From Candidatus Hodarchaeum mangrovi (GTDB lineage: Archaea > Asgardarchaeota > Heimdallarchaeia > Hodarchaeales > Hodarchaeaceae): a stretch of DNA of 33,401 nt. Below the pieces are notes generated by a model. The model was not told where the DNA came from. It saw only the letters and a program-made list of their open reading frames with translations, and ran no database searches. Numbering within the stretch: position 1 is the first letter of the stretch; every line of letters starts with the position of its first letter. Below, one piece after another: positions 9,382 to 19,471 of the stretch. The stretch covers positions 1 to 33,401 of the forward strand of contig JAEOUE010000044.1 in the NCBI GenBank assembly GCA_016839515.1, given 5' to 3'. The position numbers and the translations under genes are program-made.

Positions 9382-10706
9382 TGGGTCTCCCTCTTTGTTT
9401 CTTCCTTGGGTTCTTGGTTTTCTACATTATAAATTCCAATTATTTTACTAGAAATCCGTACCCATTGTAAGGGATGAACAATTTTTCTATAGGGGGTTCG
9501 ATTATAAATATATGAAAAATATTTAGTACATGAGGAAGTAGGATCTTTTGAACTCTGTTCAACTAATTGATCAATTAAATTAGAAGAAATCTCTACTGAA
9601 TGAGCTTTTGTTAAATGATTTTCAGCCAAAAATTCATGTAAAGATTCTGGATCAAGATGAATGAAAGGACAGAAATAGCTTGTGGCAATTGTCGAACATT
9701 TAGGAACATTATAATCCTTTTTTCCTCCCTCTAAGCCATAAAGATGACGGATTTGATAACCTGATGTACGAAGAAATTCACTGTAACTTATGTTCACATT
9801 GTCAATAGACTTTTCAAACCAGTAGTTCAATTGCTCTTCTACAGACATCCCTACTCGTTTTAAAAAAAACCCAAGTTGAAGTCTCTTGGTATGAGTCAGT
9901 CTTCTAGTGGATTCTAGTTCAGTTGAAAGATAAATCATACAAGGAGGAAAAATTTCAGGGTGGTTATGAAGCAAAGAACCTACTAAATCCTCGGATGAAA
10001 ATCGAGAACGAATTTGGGTATGTTTTGCTAATTGTTGCTCCAGTTCTTGGACAGCTTCGTCAATATCCTCCCTTACACCGAGTAAATTCTGACTACTTTC
10101 AATTTCCATCTGAAGAGATTTTTCAAACGCCTTTTTAAGGCTCCCCCGGAATGAATTTTCGTTTGATACAACCCATCCTTTTCTCAAATACCCTTTTCGG
10201 TTGGAAATCATCCATGGTACTTGTGAAAAGTGAACACAAATTAAAAAGTCCCGTGATGCCCCTCTCCGTAATCCTGAAATATAATCATTGTATAATTTTG
10301 CCAGTATCACATTCTTAGATTCATCTCTTGAATTCTTAAATTCTTCATATTCCATGACATTTTGTTCCCCAAATACCCTTTTAAATATCGCTCGTTTTTG
10401 GTCAGGAGTGGTTCGATCAAAATAAAGTCTTTCGAACAAATCTCCTTCAGATTCAATTAACCAGGCTTCCAAGCTCCTATTTGTTGCTGCTACAAGGCGA
10501 AGAAGGTAAGCTCCTAAACGGTACTGTTCATAAATTTCATTTAATGAATCCTCATAAGTTGGAAAATTATCTCGTATTACTTGAGATGGATTTGACGGTA
10601 AATTTTCTAGTAATTTGACACGATGCAATGCAAGTTGTTTCCATTCCCGAATTTCAATATTAAGATTAGGAGGGGATTGAAGAATGAACCAATTTGGGAG
10701 TGACAC
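9378..10706 (-). CDS. priL: DNA primase large subunit with Fe-S domain
   Basis: FPPCM, RLQLGFFLK, YQIRHLYGLEG, PKC..FCPF, CTKYF and HPLQW. Overlaps priS by 4 bp (ATGA). Confidence 0.93.
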   Translation of the reverse strand: MSLPNWFILQSPPNLNIEIREWKQLALHRVKLLENLPSNPSQVIRDNFPTYEDSLNEIYEQYRLGAYLLRLVAATNRSLEAWLIESEGDLFERLYFDRTTPDQKRAIFKRVFGEQNVMEYEEFKNSRDESKNVILAKLYNDYISGLRRGASRDFLICVHFSQVPWMISNRKGYLRKGWVVSNENSFRGSLKKAFEKSLQMEIESSQNLLGVREDIDEAVQELEQQLAKHTQIRSRFSSEDLVGSLLHNHPEIFPPCMIYLSTELESTRRLTHTKRLQLGFFLKRVGMSVEEQLNYWFEKSIDNVNISYSEFLRTSGYQIRHLYGLEGGKKDYNVPKCSTIATSYFCPFIHLDPESLHEFLAENHLTKAHSVEISSNLIDQLVEQSSKDPTSSCTKYFSYIYNRTPYRKIVHPLQWVRISSKIIGIYNVENQEPKEETKRETQ

Positions 10707-10927
10707 AGCAAATACCTACAAAATTTTTTAAATTTCCTTTATAAACCTATTCTATTGGCATTTCTTTTCAAGTGGGGGAGAATAAGGCTTTTATATTACT
10801 CAATATTTCTGATAACTTTTCTCTTTTTTGATCATTAAATAATTTAATAGGACAAAAAATATATTTGTATAAAATAAGGAAATCTAATTACTTAAAAAAA
10901 TTTTATCTGTATTATTAATTTAATTAG

Positions 10928-12004
10928 TTAGAGAAGTAATAATTCTTCATCAGGGTAAGAGAGTTCTGAGGGGGAATATTGATGGTTTTCATTTAACCCC
11001 TGATAATCTATGAGAGAACGAAATAAATAAAGCTCTTTTTTAGTTGTTCTTTGCTCCATACGTGGTGCCCATATTTTTAATCCTGCTTGTAGTCCCCAAT
11101 AGAAATATGGTAATGCAGCCTGAATAAGAATTTTTGGTAACATAGGTGTATCAAAAAATAATCGGTCATAAACTGGATCTTTTATGTTAAGCTGTTTTTG
11201 GATATTTAAATGACGATAAATATCAAAACGAATATTATGCTCTAAATGCTGGAGTAAATAAGTAAACCAATCTGACCAAATTTTATAATGTGACCCAGTT
11301 CCGAATGTCTTGAGATTAATTCTTGAAGGAGATTTCTTCACCTTTCTGAGAAACTCCAGAATTTCCTCTTCATTAAATCCGTTTACATAAGTATAACAAC
11401 GACCAACCATCTTAGGTTGGTGATTATCCCCTCCCGCAATACCAGGTAGGTCAAGTTCTCTGGCAATAATCTGAGCAAGGTAATTGTGACGTTTTGGTTG
11501 TAAACCATTTACAACCTCAATCATCCCAAATCGTTTTAAGACAGAAAACTTAATTTTATAGGTTTTTCGATCATATCCTCCAGCTGGTGCACTTTGGGAA
11601 AGATCAAAAGGATGAGCTAAAACATAGACTGCATTGTTGTCATCTAGGTACTCTAAAAATTCAGGTAATGGTTTAAATCGAATTTCCCATGGAATTTTTC
11701 TGAGTCCATATGTTAAAACGTGTGCCCAGCCACGACCTTTTCGATCATATTTTGTAACTTCTTGTCCAACGATAGGGATAATATCCTTGTATTTTGAGGC
11801 ATAATGTAGGAAAGAATTGACTCCGTTCATATTATCATGATCAGTAATAGCAATAGCACCAAGTTTTTTATGTCGAGCAAGTTTAACTAAAAGCTTTGGT
11901 GAAATTGCTGAATCTTGAAAAAAGTGGTCTCCTCTTAATCGGGGAATCCGTAGTAGAGAGTAATGGGTATGAGAATGGAGATCTGCTTTTATCATTTCGC
12001 TCAT
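10928..12004 (-). CDS. PHP-domain metal-dependent phosphoesterase
   Basis: DLHSHT, AITDHD, GQEV, LAHP and GGDNH metal-ligand motifs. Confidence 0.88.
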   Translation of the reverse strand: MSEMIKADLHSHTHYSLLRIPRLRGDHFFQDSAISPKLLVKLARHKKLGAIAITDHDNMNGVNSFLHYASKYKDIIPIVGQEVTKYDRKGRGWAHVLTYGLRKIPWEIRFKPLPEFLEYLDDNNAVYVLAHPFDLSQSAPAGGYDRKTYKIKFSVLKRFGMIEVVNGLQPKRHNYLAQIIARELDLPGIAGGDNHQPKMVGRCYTYVNGFNEEEILEFLRKVKKSPSRINLKTFGTGSHYKIWSDWFTYLLQHLEHNIRFDIYRHLNIQKQLNIKDPVYDRLFFDTPMLPKILIQAALPYFYWGLQAGLKIWAPRMEQRTTKKELYLFRSLIDYQGLNENHQYSPSELSYPDEELLLL

Positions 12005-12191
12005 AACTAAATACTCTCACCAGATTATCTTTGAATACTTGCAATAATCTTCCGACTTTTATCTGATTTTAAAGTTTCGTTTTAATTTTCATTTTTTTCC
12101 ATTTAAAACTGATACTTTGCTATGACCGAGGATAGATATTACCTTTTAAAAATGGAATAACATACAGACTAGTCCTTATCTCTTAGATTTC

Positions 12192-13346
12192 TTAAGTTTC
12201 GTTTACATTAAAGGGATGAGTCTTAATTCGGGTTTTACCAAAAATATAAACCATGATTCCCACGATAATCAGAAAATAAAACTTTACTAGCTGAACCAAT
12301 ATTGCTCCGGATGTTGCCAAGGTTGAGCTTATACCAAAATTTGTTTCTTTTAAAAAAACCGATAAAGAAATTTCTTTGAGTCCAGCCATACCGGGAATTC
12401 CAACTGGAATAAAATCAACTGTACCGCCAAGGAAATTTACTGCAGCAACTTGATCTAAGAATATTGGGATGTCGATAGCGTGCAATATAAATAATATTGA
12501 ACCCCAATGGGCAAGTTGTGAAAAGAAGGTCAAAATAAGAGCAAAGAATGACAGTAATTTATTTTGAGCTAAATAGGTAAATTGAACTCCAAAATCCTCA
12601 ACTATTCTTTGGGAAGGAACAATTGCCTTCTCGGCATAGTTTCCAATTAAAGGTAAATATGATAGCATTTGGAGTAATGTAGAAATAAACCCATTTGCCT
12701 TTATAGGAGATTTAGCTATTAAAGCAATAAGGGTCAATACAATTAATGAAATCAATGAAATTATTGCTACAAACAGAACCGCAAATTCCGCTGATAATGC
12801 AACTCCACTCCGTCGTTCTACAATGTCACTTAAGTATTGTAAAATAGCTATAGAAACAAAAGCAGAAATTGGAATGAATGAAAGTAAACCACATAATTTA
12901 TGAGCAACTACACTAGATAAAATTTCTCCGCTGGTTGCATTTCGGTTATCTTTTTCATTAACGAATTCCTGTGTTCCTAATGCCACTCTCATAACTGCTT
13001 CAACTGCTCCTGCACTAGGTATAAGCAATCCATATGAAAAAGAGGATAACTGAATGCGATAGGTAGATAGTATAGAAGGATTGATGGAGGAAATCCCCAT
13101 TAAAATCTTCCAAGCCAGAGTATCACATAATACTGCAATAAATGTAAATAATGCTCCAATAATAAGCAATATTAAATTTGCATCCAAAATTACATTAATC
13201 ATATTGAAAATATTGATTTTTTCAAGAAATAAATAGAATAAAAGGGCTATGGCAGCAAATCCAATTAGTATTATAGTTTTTTTATCAAAAGCTTGACGAA
13301 GAGAGTAAGACGGTTCGGAAGTTAATGTCTCTGATGATCTATCCAA
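12192..13346 (-). CDS. Lysylphosphatidylglycerol synthase TM / UPF0104 flippase-like membrane protein
   Basis: Multi-TM; LIPSAGAVE and IPVGIPGMAGLKE match the family's P..GG.E motifs. Confidence 0.75.
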   Translation of the reverse strand: MDRSSETLTSEPSYSLRQAFDKKTIILIGFAAIALLFYLFLEKINIFNMINVILDANLILLIIGALFTFIAVLCDTLAWKILMGISSINPSILSTYRIQLSSFSYGLLIPSAGAVEAVMRVALGTQEFVNEKDNRNATSGEILSSVVAHKLCGLLSFIPISAFVSIAILQYLSDIVERRSGVALSAEFAVLFVAIISLISLIVLTLIALIAKSPIKANGFISTLLQMLSYLPLIGNYAEKAIVPSQRIVEDFGVQFTYLAQNKLLSFFALILTFFSQLAHWGSILFILHAIDIPIFLDQVAAVNFLGGTVDFIPVGIPGMAGLKEISLSVFLKETNFGISSTLATSGAILVQLVKFYFLIIVGIMVYIFGKTRIKTHPFNVNET

Positions 13347-13441
13347 AAGATTGGCCTCATCAAAGGGTACGAGGCGAGAGCTTCAAATATTCTTCTGGAT
13401 CATATTGATATTTGAATCCCATTCATAAATGAGGGATATTT

Positions 13442-14590
13442 ATGGATCTCTCTGAATTCATTTTCACCTCCTTAGGCCCCATCTTATATAATTCAATTTT
13501 TATCACATTATGGATTGCTTGGTTAGTCTATCATACAGGTTCTAAGGAAGGTCGCTTAAAAAGACTATTTAATATATACTTAACTCAGAATATAATTTTT
13601 TATTTAATTACTATAATTACAATTATTCTCTTCCTTTTTCTTCTTTTTTCTTATGCGATTTGGAACACTGATGTCGATGATGCGATTACTTCAGGAGTCC
13701 AAGCTTTCTTACAAGGAAAAAATCCTTATGTTGATAATGTAGTAGTTCATCATACTCCTTCTGGAGTAATTCTGGGTCGATATCATTATTTCCCTCCTGA
13801 CCTTCTTACTTATTCACTTTTCTATGTGCTTGCAGGGTCTTTTTTCTATCCATTTTTAGCCACTTACTGGTTTGTTCCTCTTCATTTAGGTCTTGTTATC
13901 CTTGGGTATTGGTTTGTCACACAAATTGTAAAATGGCCACATGCGAAACTAGCTCCATTTTATCTTCTTTTAATCATTCCTTTCTTATTTACCAATTCTA
14001 TCCTTATGTGGTTTTTTTTCACAATAGGATATTACTTTCATGAAATTAAGCAAAAAAAGAATCTCGGAATGATATTATATGTTTTTGCTGCTTCTGTTAA
14101 ATACATGGTAGGAATAATCATTGTTATTTATATGATTGAATCAATTAAGGAAGTAATATTCTTAAAAGATAAAAAAAATAACTGGAAAAAAGGACTAGAA
14201 CTATTAAGCCCTTATATCACCTCTAGTTTATGTCTATTCTTGATTTCTTTTCCTTTTAATGTATTTGAGGTATTTATTTCGGTATTTATTTATCAAGGTG
14301 TTGTTGGAGTCCGGGAAGAGGTCGCTCAATCAGTAGGCCCATTATTGATAGAAATTCTAAAATTTTTTTCTCTTGAAATGCTATATTTATTCTTTGTGTG
14401 CTTCATTCTTTTTGGAACAGCTATTATTCTTCGAAAAAAAACCTCATACGAGAAAATTATGCATTTCTCATTTTTAGTTATGTTAATTCTTCCTTTCTAT
14501 GCAACAGAACTATTTATTACAATTCCTTTCTGGTGGTTATTCAAGGAAGGGTACAAATCGTTTAACTTAAATAAGGCTCTGGATGATTGA
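13442..14590 (+). CDS. Multi-pass membrane protein, probable GT-C fold glycosyltransferase (GT87-like)
   Basis: First loop TDVDDA...FLQGKNPY...YHYFPP, and a later AASVKY motif in a TM hairpin. Confidence 0.55.
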   Translation: MDLSEFIFTSLGPILYNSIFITLWIAWLVYHTGSKEGRLKRLFNIYLTQNIIFYLITIITIILFLFLLFSYAIWNTDVDDAITSGVQAFLQGKNPYVDNVVVHHTPSGVILGRYHYFPPDLLTYSLFYVLAGSFFYPFLATYWFVPLHLGLVILGYWFVTQIVKWPHAKLAPFYLLLIIPFLFTNSILMWFFFTIGYYFHEIKQKKNLGMILYVFAASVKYMVGIIIVIYMIESIKEVIFLKDKKNNWKKGLELLSPYITSSLCLFLISFPFNVFEVFISVFIYQGVVGVREEVAQSVGPLLIEILKFFSLEMLYLFFVCFILFGTAIILRKKTSYEKIMHFSFLVMLILPFYATELFITIPFWWLFKEGYKSFNLNKALDD

Positions 14591-14622
14591 TTTTAGAAAT
14601 TAATAACATTATTTTTAATCTA

Positions 14623-14865
14623 TTATTTAGGAAGTATATCAGCGATTGTTGAAATAACTGAAATACTACGAACTGAAAATCGTTCGTCTACATATAAGAT
14701 CCGAACATGTCTTTGAGGTTCTTTTAATCCATGAATATCAACGACTTGACATACACCTGAAATTGATGGTTTATAATCTGATCTTTTCATCTTTAAGGGT
14801 ATAGCTCGTTTACAAATAGAACAGGGTTCGCAATTTAGATTGACAATGTCATCTTTTGGGGACAT
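14623..14865 (-). CDS. Small putative Zn-binding protein
   Basis: CSIC knuckle plus DIHG..HVRILYVD..FSVR; 80 aa and non-overlapping. Confidence 0.65.
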   Translation of the reverse strand: MSPKDDIVNLNCEPCSICKRAIPLKMKRSDYKPSISGVCQVVDIHGLKEPQRHVRILYVDERFSVRSISVISTIADILPK

Positions 14866-15029
14866 GATCGGTTTCGCCTAAGAAAATTCAGTGAAAAAAC
14901 CTCTTAGATTCAACTTGAAAAAGGTTTGCTTATAATCCTCTTTTTCCAATATTATAGATATAAAATCCTAATTATAGTTATCTTTAAATAAATGATTCAC
15001 CTTATTTTACTCAAGACCAGTTAGCTTAT

Positions 15030-15407
15030 TTGATATTTTTATATGAGGCCTTGAATTTGAATGATAAAGATCAAGAAGAAAATATTGTTGTAGATACGCC
15101 TTGGGGTAAATTAGTTACAGCTAAGGGATTAAAAGTTCTTCTTGAAGGTGTAAATAATGATCTAGAAGATTTAAAAGATAATATAACACGAGTAGAAGAA
15201 CAATTACGAGCTATAGAATCTTCTTTTGAAAATAGAAACGCTAATAGTCGAATTCAAGCTTTAGAAGGATCTCTTAAATCACTAGAAGAGAATATCAAAG
15301 AATTTAGAGAAAATCAGACGCGATTTGCTGCTCACATGAAACAAACTTTAGAAATGTTTTACACTCGGTTAGAAGAAGTTGTTGTTCAGATTGAACAACA
15401 AAAATAA
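15030..15407 (+). CDS. Small coiled-coil protein of unknown function
   Basis: Continuous heptad pattern (VNNDLEDLKDNITRVEEQLRAIE...LEGSLKSLEENIKEF); the start may lie slightly downstream. Confidence 0.7.
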   Translation: MIFLYEALNLNDKDQEENIVVDTPWGKLVTAKGLKVLLEGVNNDLEDLKDNITRVEEQLRAIESSFENRNANSRIQALEGSLKSLEENIKEFRENQTRFAAHMKQTLEMFYTRLEEVVVQIEQQK

Positions 15408-15409
15408 GT

Positions 15410-17695
15410 CTACAAGGATAATTTTTCTTTGCTGGAAGAAATAAATACTTTTTTAATTCGGTTAGCCAGTTTCTTGCCAATACTCGGTACCGAGGCAAGT
15501 TCGTCTAAGGTGGCATTAGCAATTTCTAACAGTGATCCAAATTTTTCTAATAGCCTGTGAGCTTTATTGATATTTATACCAGGAATTGCTGCTAAAATGA
15601 GCAATTGAATATCTTCTATTGTTTGTTCTTTCCTTGTTACAGATGGTAATTGATAATCTGAGGATCTTTCTTCTTGTTCACGTCTGGCTAGCTGGAAAAG
15701 AAATATTGCTGATTCTCTTAAATTACGAGTAAAAATAACAGATAATTGATAATCTAAAAGAATAGACCCTAATGCACCCATAAGACTATTAATATGAATT
15801 TGTCTTGGTATTTCTTCGAATTCCTGCTCTATAAGAAGAATAGCGATTTTTTGTTGAGCTAACCTTACTAATTGTGATTCTTGACCTGAAGAAGAGGGTT
15901 TAAATAATCTGCCATCTATAATTGAATCAATAAAATCTGAATAAGTTTTATATTCAACTAAAACACGATCAGATAATAAATAATCTCCTGCTTCTAAATC
16001 CTTTGATTCTAAAATAGCTCCCATCTTTTTCAATAGCTTAGGAAGGCGATGAGAGGTCTCTCGTGTATCAATGATTATTCTTGGATAAAATTCTTGTTTA
16101 ATCTGTTTTGAAGATTTTTCTGAAGGTTCTTCATCTTGTTTAAAAAATTGATCTAACCTTTTTTGAGGTTCTAATTTTACTTGTTTATTAAGTAATTTGG
16201 GTAATTCCTCTTTCAAAAACCGTTTCATTTTAGATTGCTTTCGTTTTATAGCCCAATACATAGCTTCGTCTCGTGTTCCCTTTGTAACTAAGTGTATAAC
16301 TCGAGATCTTCTTTTTCGACCTCTTCCTTTTCGTTGGATGGATCTTACTACTGAAGGGACTGAATCATAAAAAACGACTAAGTCACAGTTGCCAACATCT
16401 AATCCTTCTTCCCCTACAGAGGTACTTAATAGAATTTGAACATTTCCATTCTTAAATTGTTCAACAACATTTACTTGCTCTTTTTGAGAGAGTCCTTTAT
16501 CCTCTTTGGTACTTGAATGTCCCACAAAGATAGCAGAGTCATAACCTGCATTTTTTAGCTCACTAAAAAGAAATCGGACAGTATCTCTATAATTACTGAA
16601 GATAATAATTCGTGAATCATTTTTCTTATTTTCAACTAGGACATCTTTTAGTTCCGCTATTAAATGATTTAATTTAGGATGAAGAAGTGGATTTTCAATA
16701 AGTCGATCCTCAATAGCTATTAATCGTTCATCTTCTAAAAATAATCTTAATGCCTTCGAGGATGTTTTTTTTCTCCATTTATCTATACTATTTAGAGCCT
16801 GAGGAAATCCTTGACTTTCAACTAATTCTTTGAGATGTTGAACTCGAATCAAATTTGCGCTGACAACTAAAAGTTCTCCAAATACAGAATCCTTTTTTGT
16901 TAGCCCTACTACTTGTTGATGAATGGCTAGTGCTTCCCGTTTTCCGATATATTTTGTATTAATTGATATAGGAACCTTATTTTTCAGAAGAGAGATTAAA
17001 TTGTCTTCAAAAGATTGTAAATCTTTTAAAATTTCATTGTAAATTAAAGGTAATTCAATCCATATAACTTTAGGGGTGTGTGTAGAGATATATTTACCAA
17101 CATCATAATCGTTCTCATCAGTGACAGATATCTTTGAGATTCGTAAATTTTCACAGACTTCTAGAATCTTATCGGGATTATTTCCAGGAGTAGCAGTAAA
17201 ACCGACAATTTGACATTTTGCTTGAGCAGCAATCCCTACATAGGCATAATCACCAGTTGCACGATGAGCCTCATCAATACATAAGAGACTAATGTTTTGA
17301 ATATCCAATCGATTATATGTTAGATCATTTTCTATAGTTTGAGGAGTACTAACAATAATTTTTATCCCTTGATACATTTCAGTTCTTTTTTCAGGAGAAA
17401 CTTCTCCAGATAATTCTAAGACTAAATCAGGAGTCAGATTCCCAATATATTCAAGAAACATTTCCTTAATTTGATGAACAAGAGGGCGAGTGGGAGTAAG
17501 AATGAGTATCTGTTTAGATCGTTCTTTCTGTAATTTATACGCTGTAAGATAAGCCATGATCACAGTTTTGCCTAGTCCTGTGGGTAAAACCACTAGTGTG
17601 TTTCCAGAATTAGCTACACACTCGGAAAAGATCATCTGTTGATAAACCCGAGGTTCAGCCTTTTCAGATACTAGATTTGTCATAAATTTTACCAC
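15410..17695 (-). CDS. hef: Hef (FANCM/Mph1-like SF2 helicase + ERCC4 nuclease + HhH)
   Basis: LPTGLGKT, DEAH, TATPG, TSVGEEGLD, the ERCC4 domain (IIIDTRE...GDY...VEYK..SD) and tandem HhH (IPGINI...VPSIGKKLA). Confidence 0.93.
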   Translation of the reverse strand: MVKFMTNLVSEKAEPRVYQQMIFSECVANSGNTLVVLPTGLGKTVIMAYLTAYKLQKERSKQILILTPTRPLVHQIKEMFLEYIGNLTPDLVLELSGEVSPEKRTEMYQGIKIIVSTPQTIENDLTYNRLDIQNISLLCIDEAHRATGDYAYVGIAAQAKCQIVGFTATPGNNPDKILEVCENLRISKISVTDENDYDVGKYISTHTPKVIWIELPLIYNEILKDLQSFEDNLISLLKNKVPISINTKYIGKREALAIHQQVVGLTKKDSVFGELLVVSANLIRVQHLKELVESQGFPQALNSIDKWRKKTSSKALRLFLEDERLIAIEDRLIENPLLHPKLNHLIAELKDVLVENKKNDSRIIIFSNYRDTVRFLFSELKNAGYDSAIFVGHSSTKEDKGLSQKEQVNVVEQFKNGNVQILLSTSVGEEGLDVGNCDLVVFYDSVPSVVRSIQRKGRGRKRRSRVIHLVTKGTRDEAMYWAIKRKQSKMKRFLKEELPKLLNKQVKLEPQKRLDQFFKQDEEPSEKSSKQIKQEFYPRIIIDTRETSHRLPKLLKKMGAILESKDLEAGDYLLSDRVLVEYKTYSDFIDSIIDGRLFKPSSSGQESQLVRLAQQKIAILLIEQEFEEIPRQIHINSLMGALGSILLDYQLSVIFTRNLRESAIFLFQLARREQEERSSDYQLPSVTRKEQTIEDIQLLILAAIPGININKAHRLLEKFGSLLEIANATLDELASVPSIGKKLANRIKKVFISSSKEKLSL

Positions 17696-18085
17696 TCAGG
17701 ATTTAGTTTTTACAAATCTTTCTTGAATAAGTTCAAAATATACTTTTAAAAAATCATCTCTCATATGATTCAGAGAAAATTTCTTTCTTTAGAACCTGAA
17801 ATACTATTATTACTTTTAACCAGATTAATTGAGATTATGAGGAAATGAATACTTTACAAAATCGAAATTTAATACCGATTACCAATCTTAATCCCTTTAT
17901 ATCTTATAAAGGCAAATTAAATGTCATTTAGTGGTATATTTTTTATTTTCTAAAAAAATGGGATATAGGTTATTAAGATCTTTTCCTAACATTTATGCAA
18001 ATTTGAAGCTGTTCTATGACTAAAATTAGAAATAGCTTTAAAAGAATAAGTTCTCTTAAAATCACTATATATAAGAGAAATCGAA

Positions 18086-18922
18086 TTGGGAAAGAATATG
18101 GCTAATCAAGAAGAAATAACTAAAAAAGAAGAACCATTAGTTGAAATTAAAAGAAAAATCATTGTTGACTTATGGCGTACTCGTTTACATGGAGAAATTA
18201 TTGGAATAAAGCAAAAAGAAGAATATATGGCAAAGTCGAGACAATTCAATCGAGATCTTGAATTATTTGGTGAAGTAAAGGAGGAGAAAAATGGCGAAGA
18301 AGAGACAATTGGTTATGTGGGATATCGTCAAGGCTTATGGGACGAAGAACAGGATAAACTAAATCGTCGCTTAGTCATAAAACTCTTTTCAAAAAGCATG
18401 TATTATCAAGGAACTATTGAAGAGCTGATTGGTAGAGAATTTACACGATCTATTTCAGCACGAAAAGATTTTCCATGTTTCACAGTATTATTAGATAATC
18501 ATGATTATCTTATCTCAGTAAATAAGACTCGTGGAGGGATATTTGTTCCAGAATGGTTTGTTTTCCGACTTACTACCGAAAAAGGATTGATTCCCATAAT
18601 ACTAAAACATAAAATAGGCCCAGGAATAGACTATCGCGTAGTTAACGCCATAGGACAGAAACAATTTGGTATGATTGATGGGAAAAAGTTTGACATTGGA
18701 GGAAAGTTTGTAATCACATTAAAAGCTAAAGAAGACCTTTTGGATAATAATATAATTAGAACGCTGATTTTATTCGCTGCTTCGTTGAAATTCCATAAAG
18801 ATATTTATGATAAAATCAAAACAGGTGTCAAGAAAATGAGAAAAGGAGAATGGGAAGGTCCTACACTCTCAAATGAGGAGCTCTTACTTCTTCGAAATCC
18901 AAGGGCTATCTTAAGAAAATAA
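18086..18922 (+). CDS. Hypothetical protein, possible Tubby-C/LURP-one-like beta-barrel
   Basis: Repeated beta hairpins (IGYVGYRQG, FGMIDGKKFDIGGKFVITL) followed by a hydrophobic helix (IIRTLILFAASL). An in-frame ATG at 18098 is the likely start. Confidence 0.5.
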   Translation: MGKNMANQEEITKKEEPLVEIKRKIIVDLWRTRLHGEIIGIKQKEEYMAKSRQFNRDLELFGEVKEEKNGEEETIGYVGYRQGLWDEEQDKLNRRLVIKLFSKSMYYQGTIEELIGREFTRSISARKDFPCFTVLLDNHDYLISVNKTRGGIFVPEWFVFRLTTEKGLIPIILKHKIGPGIDYRVVNAIGQKQFGMIDGKKFDIGGKFVITLKAKEDLLDNNIIRTLILFAASLKFHKDIYDKIKTGVKKMRKGEWEGPTLSNEELLLLRNPRAILRK

Positions 18923-19100
18923 CACATTCAAATTTAGATAAAATTTATTTCAATATCTAATTAATAAGCTTGAAGGGAGATCCTTCATTCTTTTTTTATC
19001 TCACATATTATCAAACATGAATACAAGGAATCAAGATCAAACAAATCAAATAGAGAAAATTCTTTTAATAACAACAAAATAGATGATAATCAAAGACAAC

Positions 19101-19244
19101 TTATTGCCCGAACCAATTATCCTCGATTATATCATCCATCGACCATTCACGGAGGATATCAGATATTGCTCTATGTATATATCTTTTACCAAAGTTTAGA
19201 GCAGACCTTATTAGACTAGGCATAATTTCGATTTGTTCTTGCAT
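19101..19244 (-). CDS. Unannotated 47-aa small protein MQEQIEIMPSLIRSALNFGKRYIHRAISDILREWSMDDIIEDNWFGQ
   Basis: Translated by hand. GTGAGGGG lies 5 nt before the ATG, and the ORF occupies an otherwise empty 550-bp gap. Confidence 0.55.
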   Translation of the reverse strand: MQEQIEIMPSLIRSALNFGKRYIHRAISDILREWSMDDIIEDNWFGQ

Positions 19245-19471
19245 GTAAACCCCTCACTTGATATCTGGATTTAATTTATTTAAAGCTAACTAATTGGGTA
19301 TCTATTATTTCTTCTAACGGATTTTTTATCAATGATCCTTAGATTTTTTAAAAGTTCTAAAATAGGATTTTGCATTAGCAAATAGTAATTAATTCTAACA
19401 ATAACTATTAAAGGGATTAAATGGCATGAGACAGTTATATTCACTTTAAAATTCATCATGAGGAATTTTAT

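Noticed and set aside
9114-10138. Track ORFs 9114-9302 and 9923-10138
   Set aside because: Shadow frames within priS and priL.
15304-15498. 64-aa minus-strand ORF
   Set aside because: Overlaps both hef and the coiled-coil gene; no motif.
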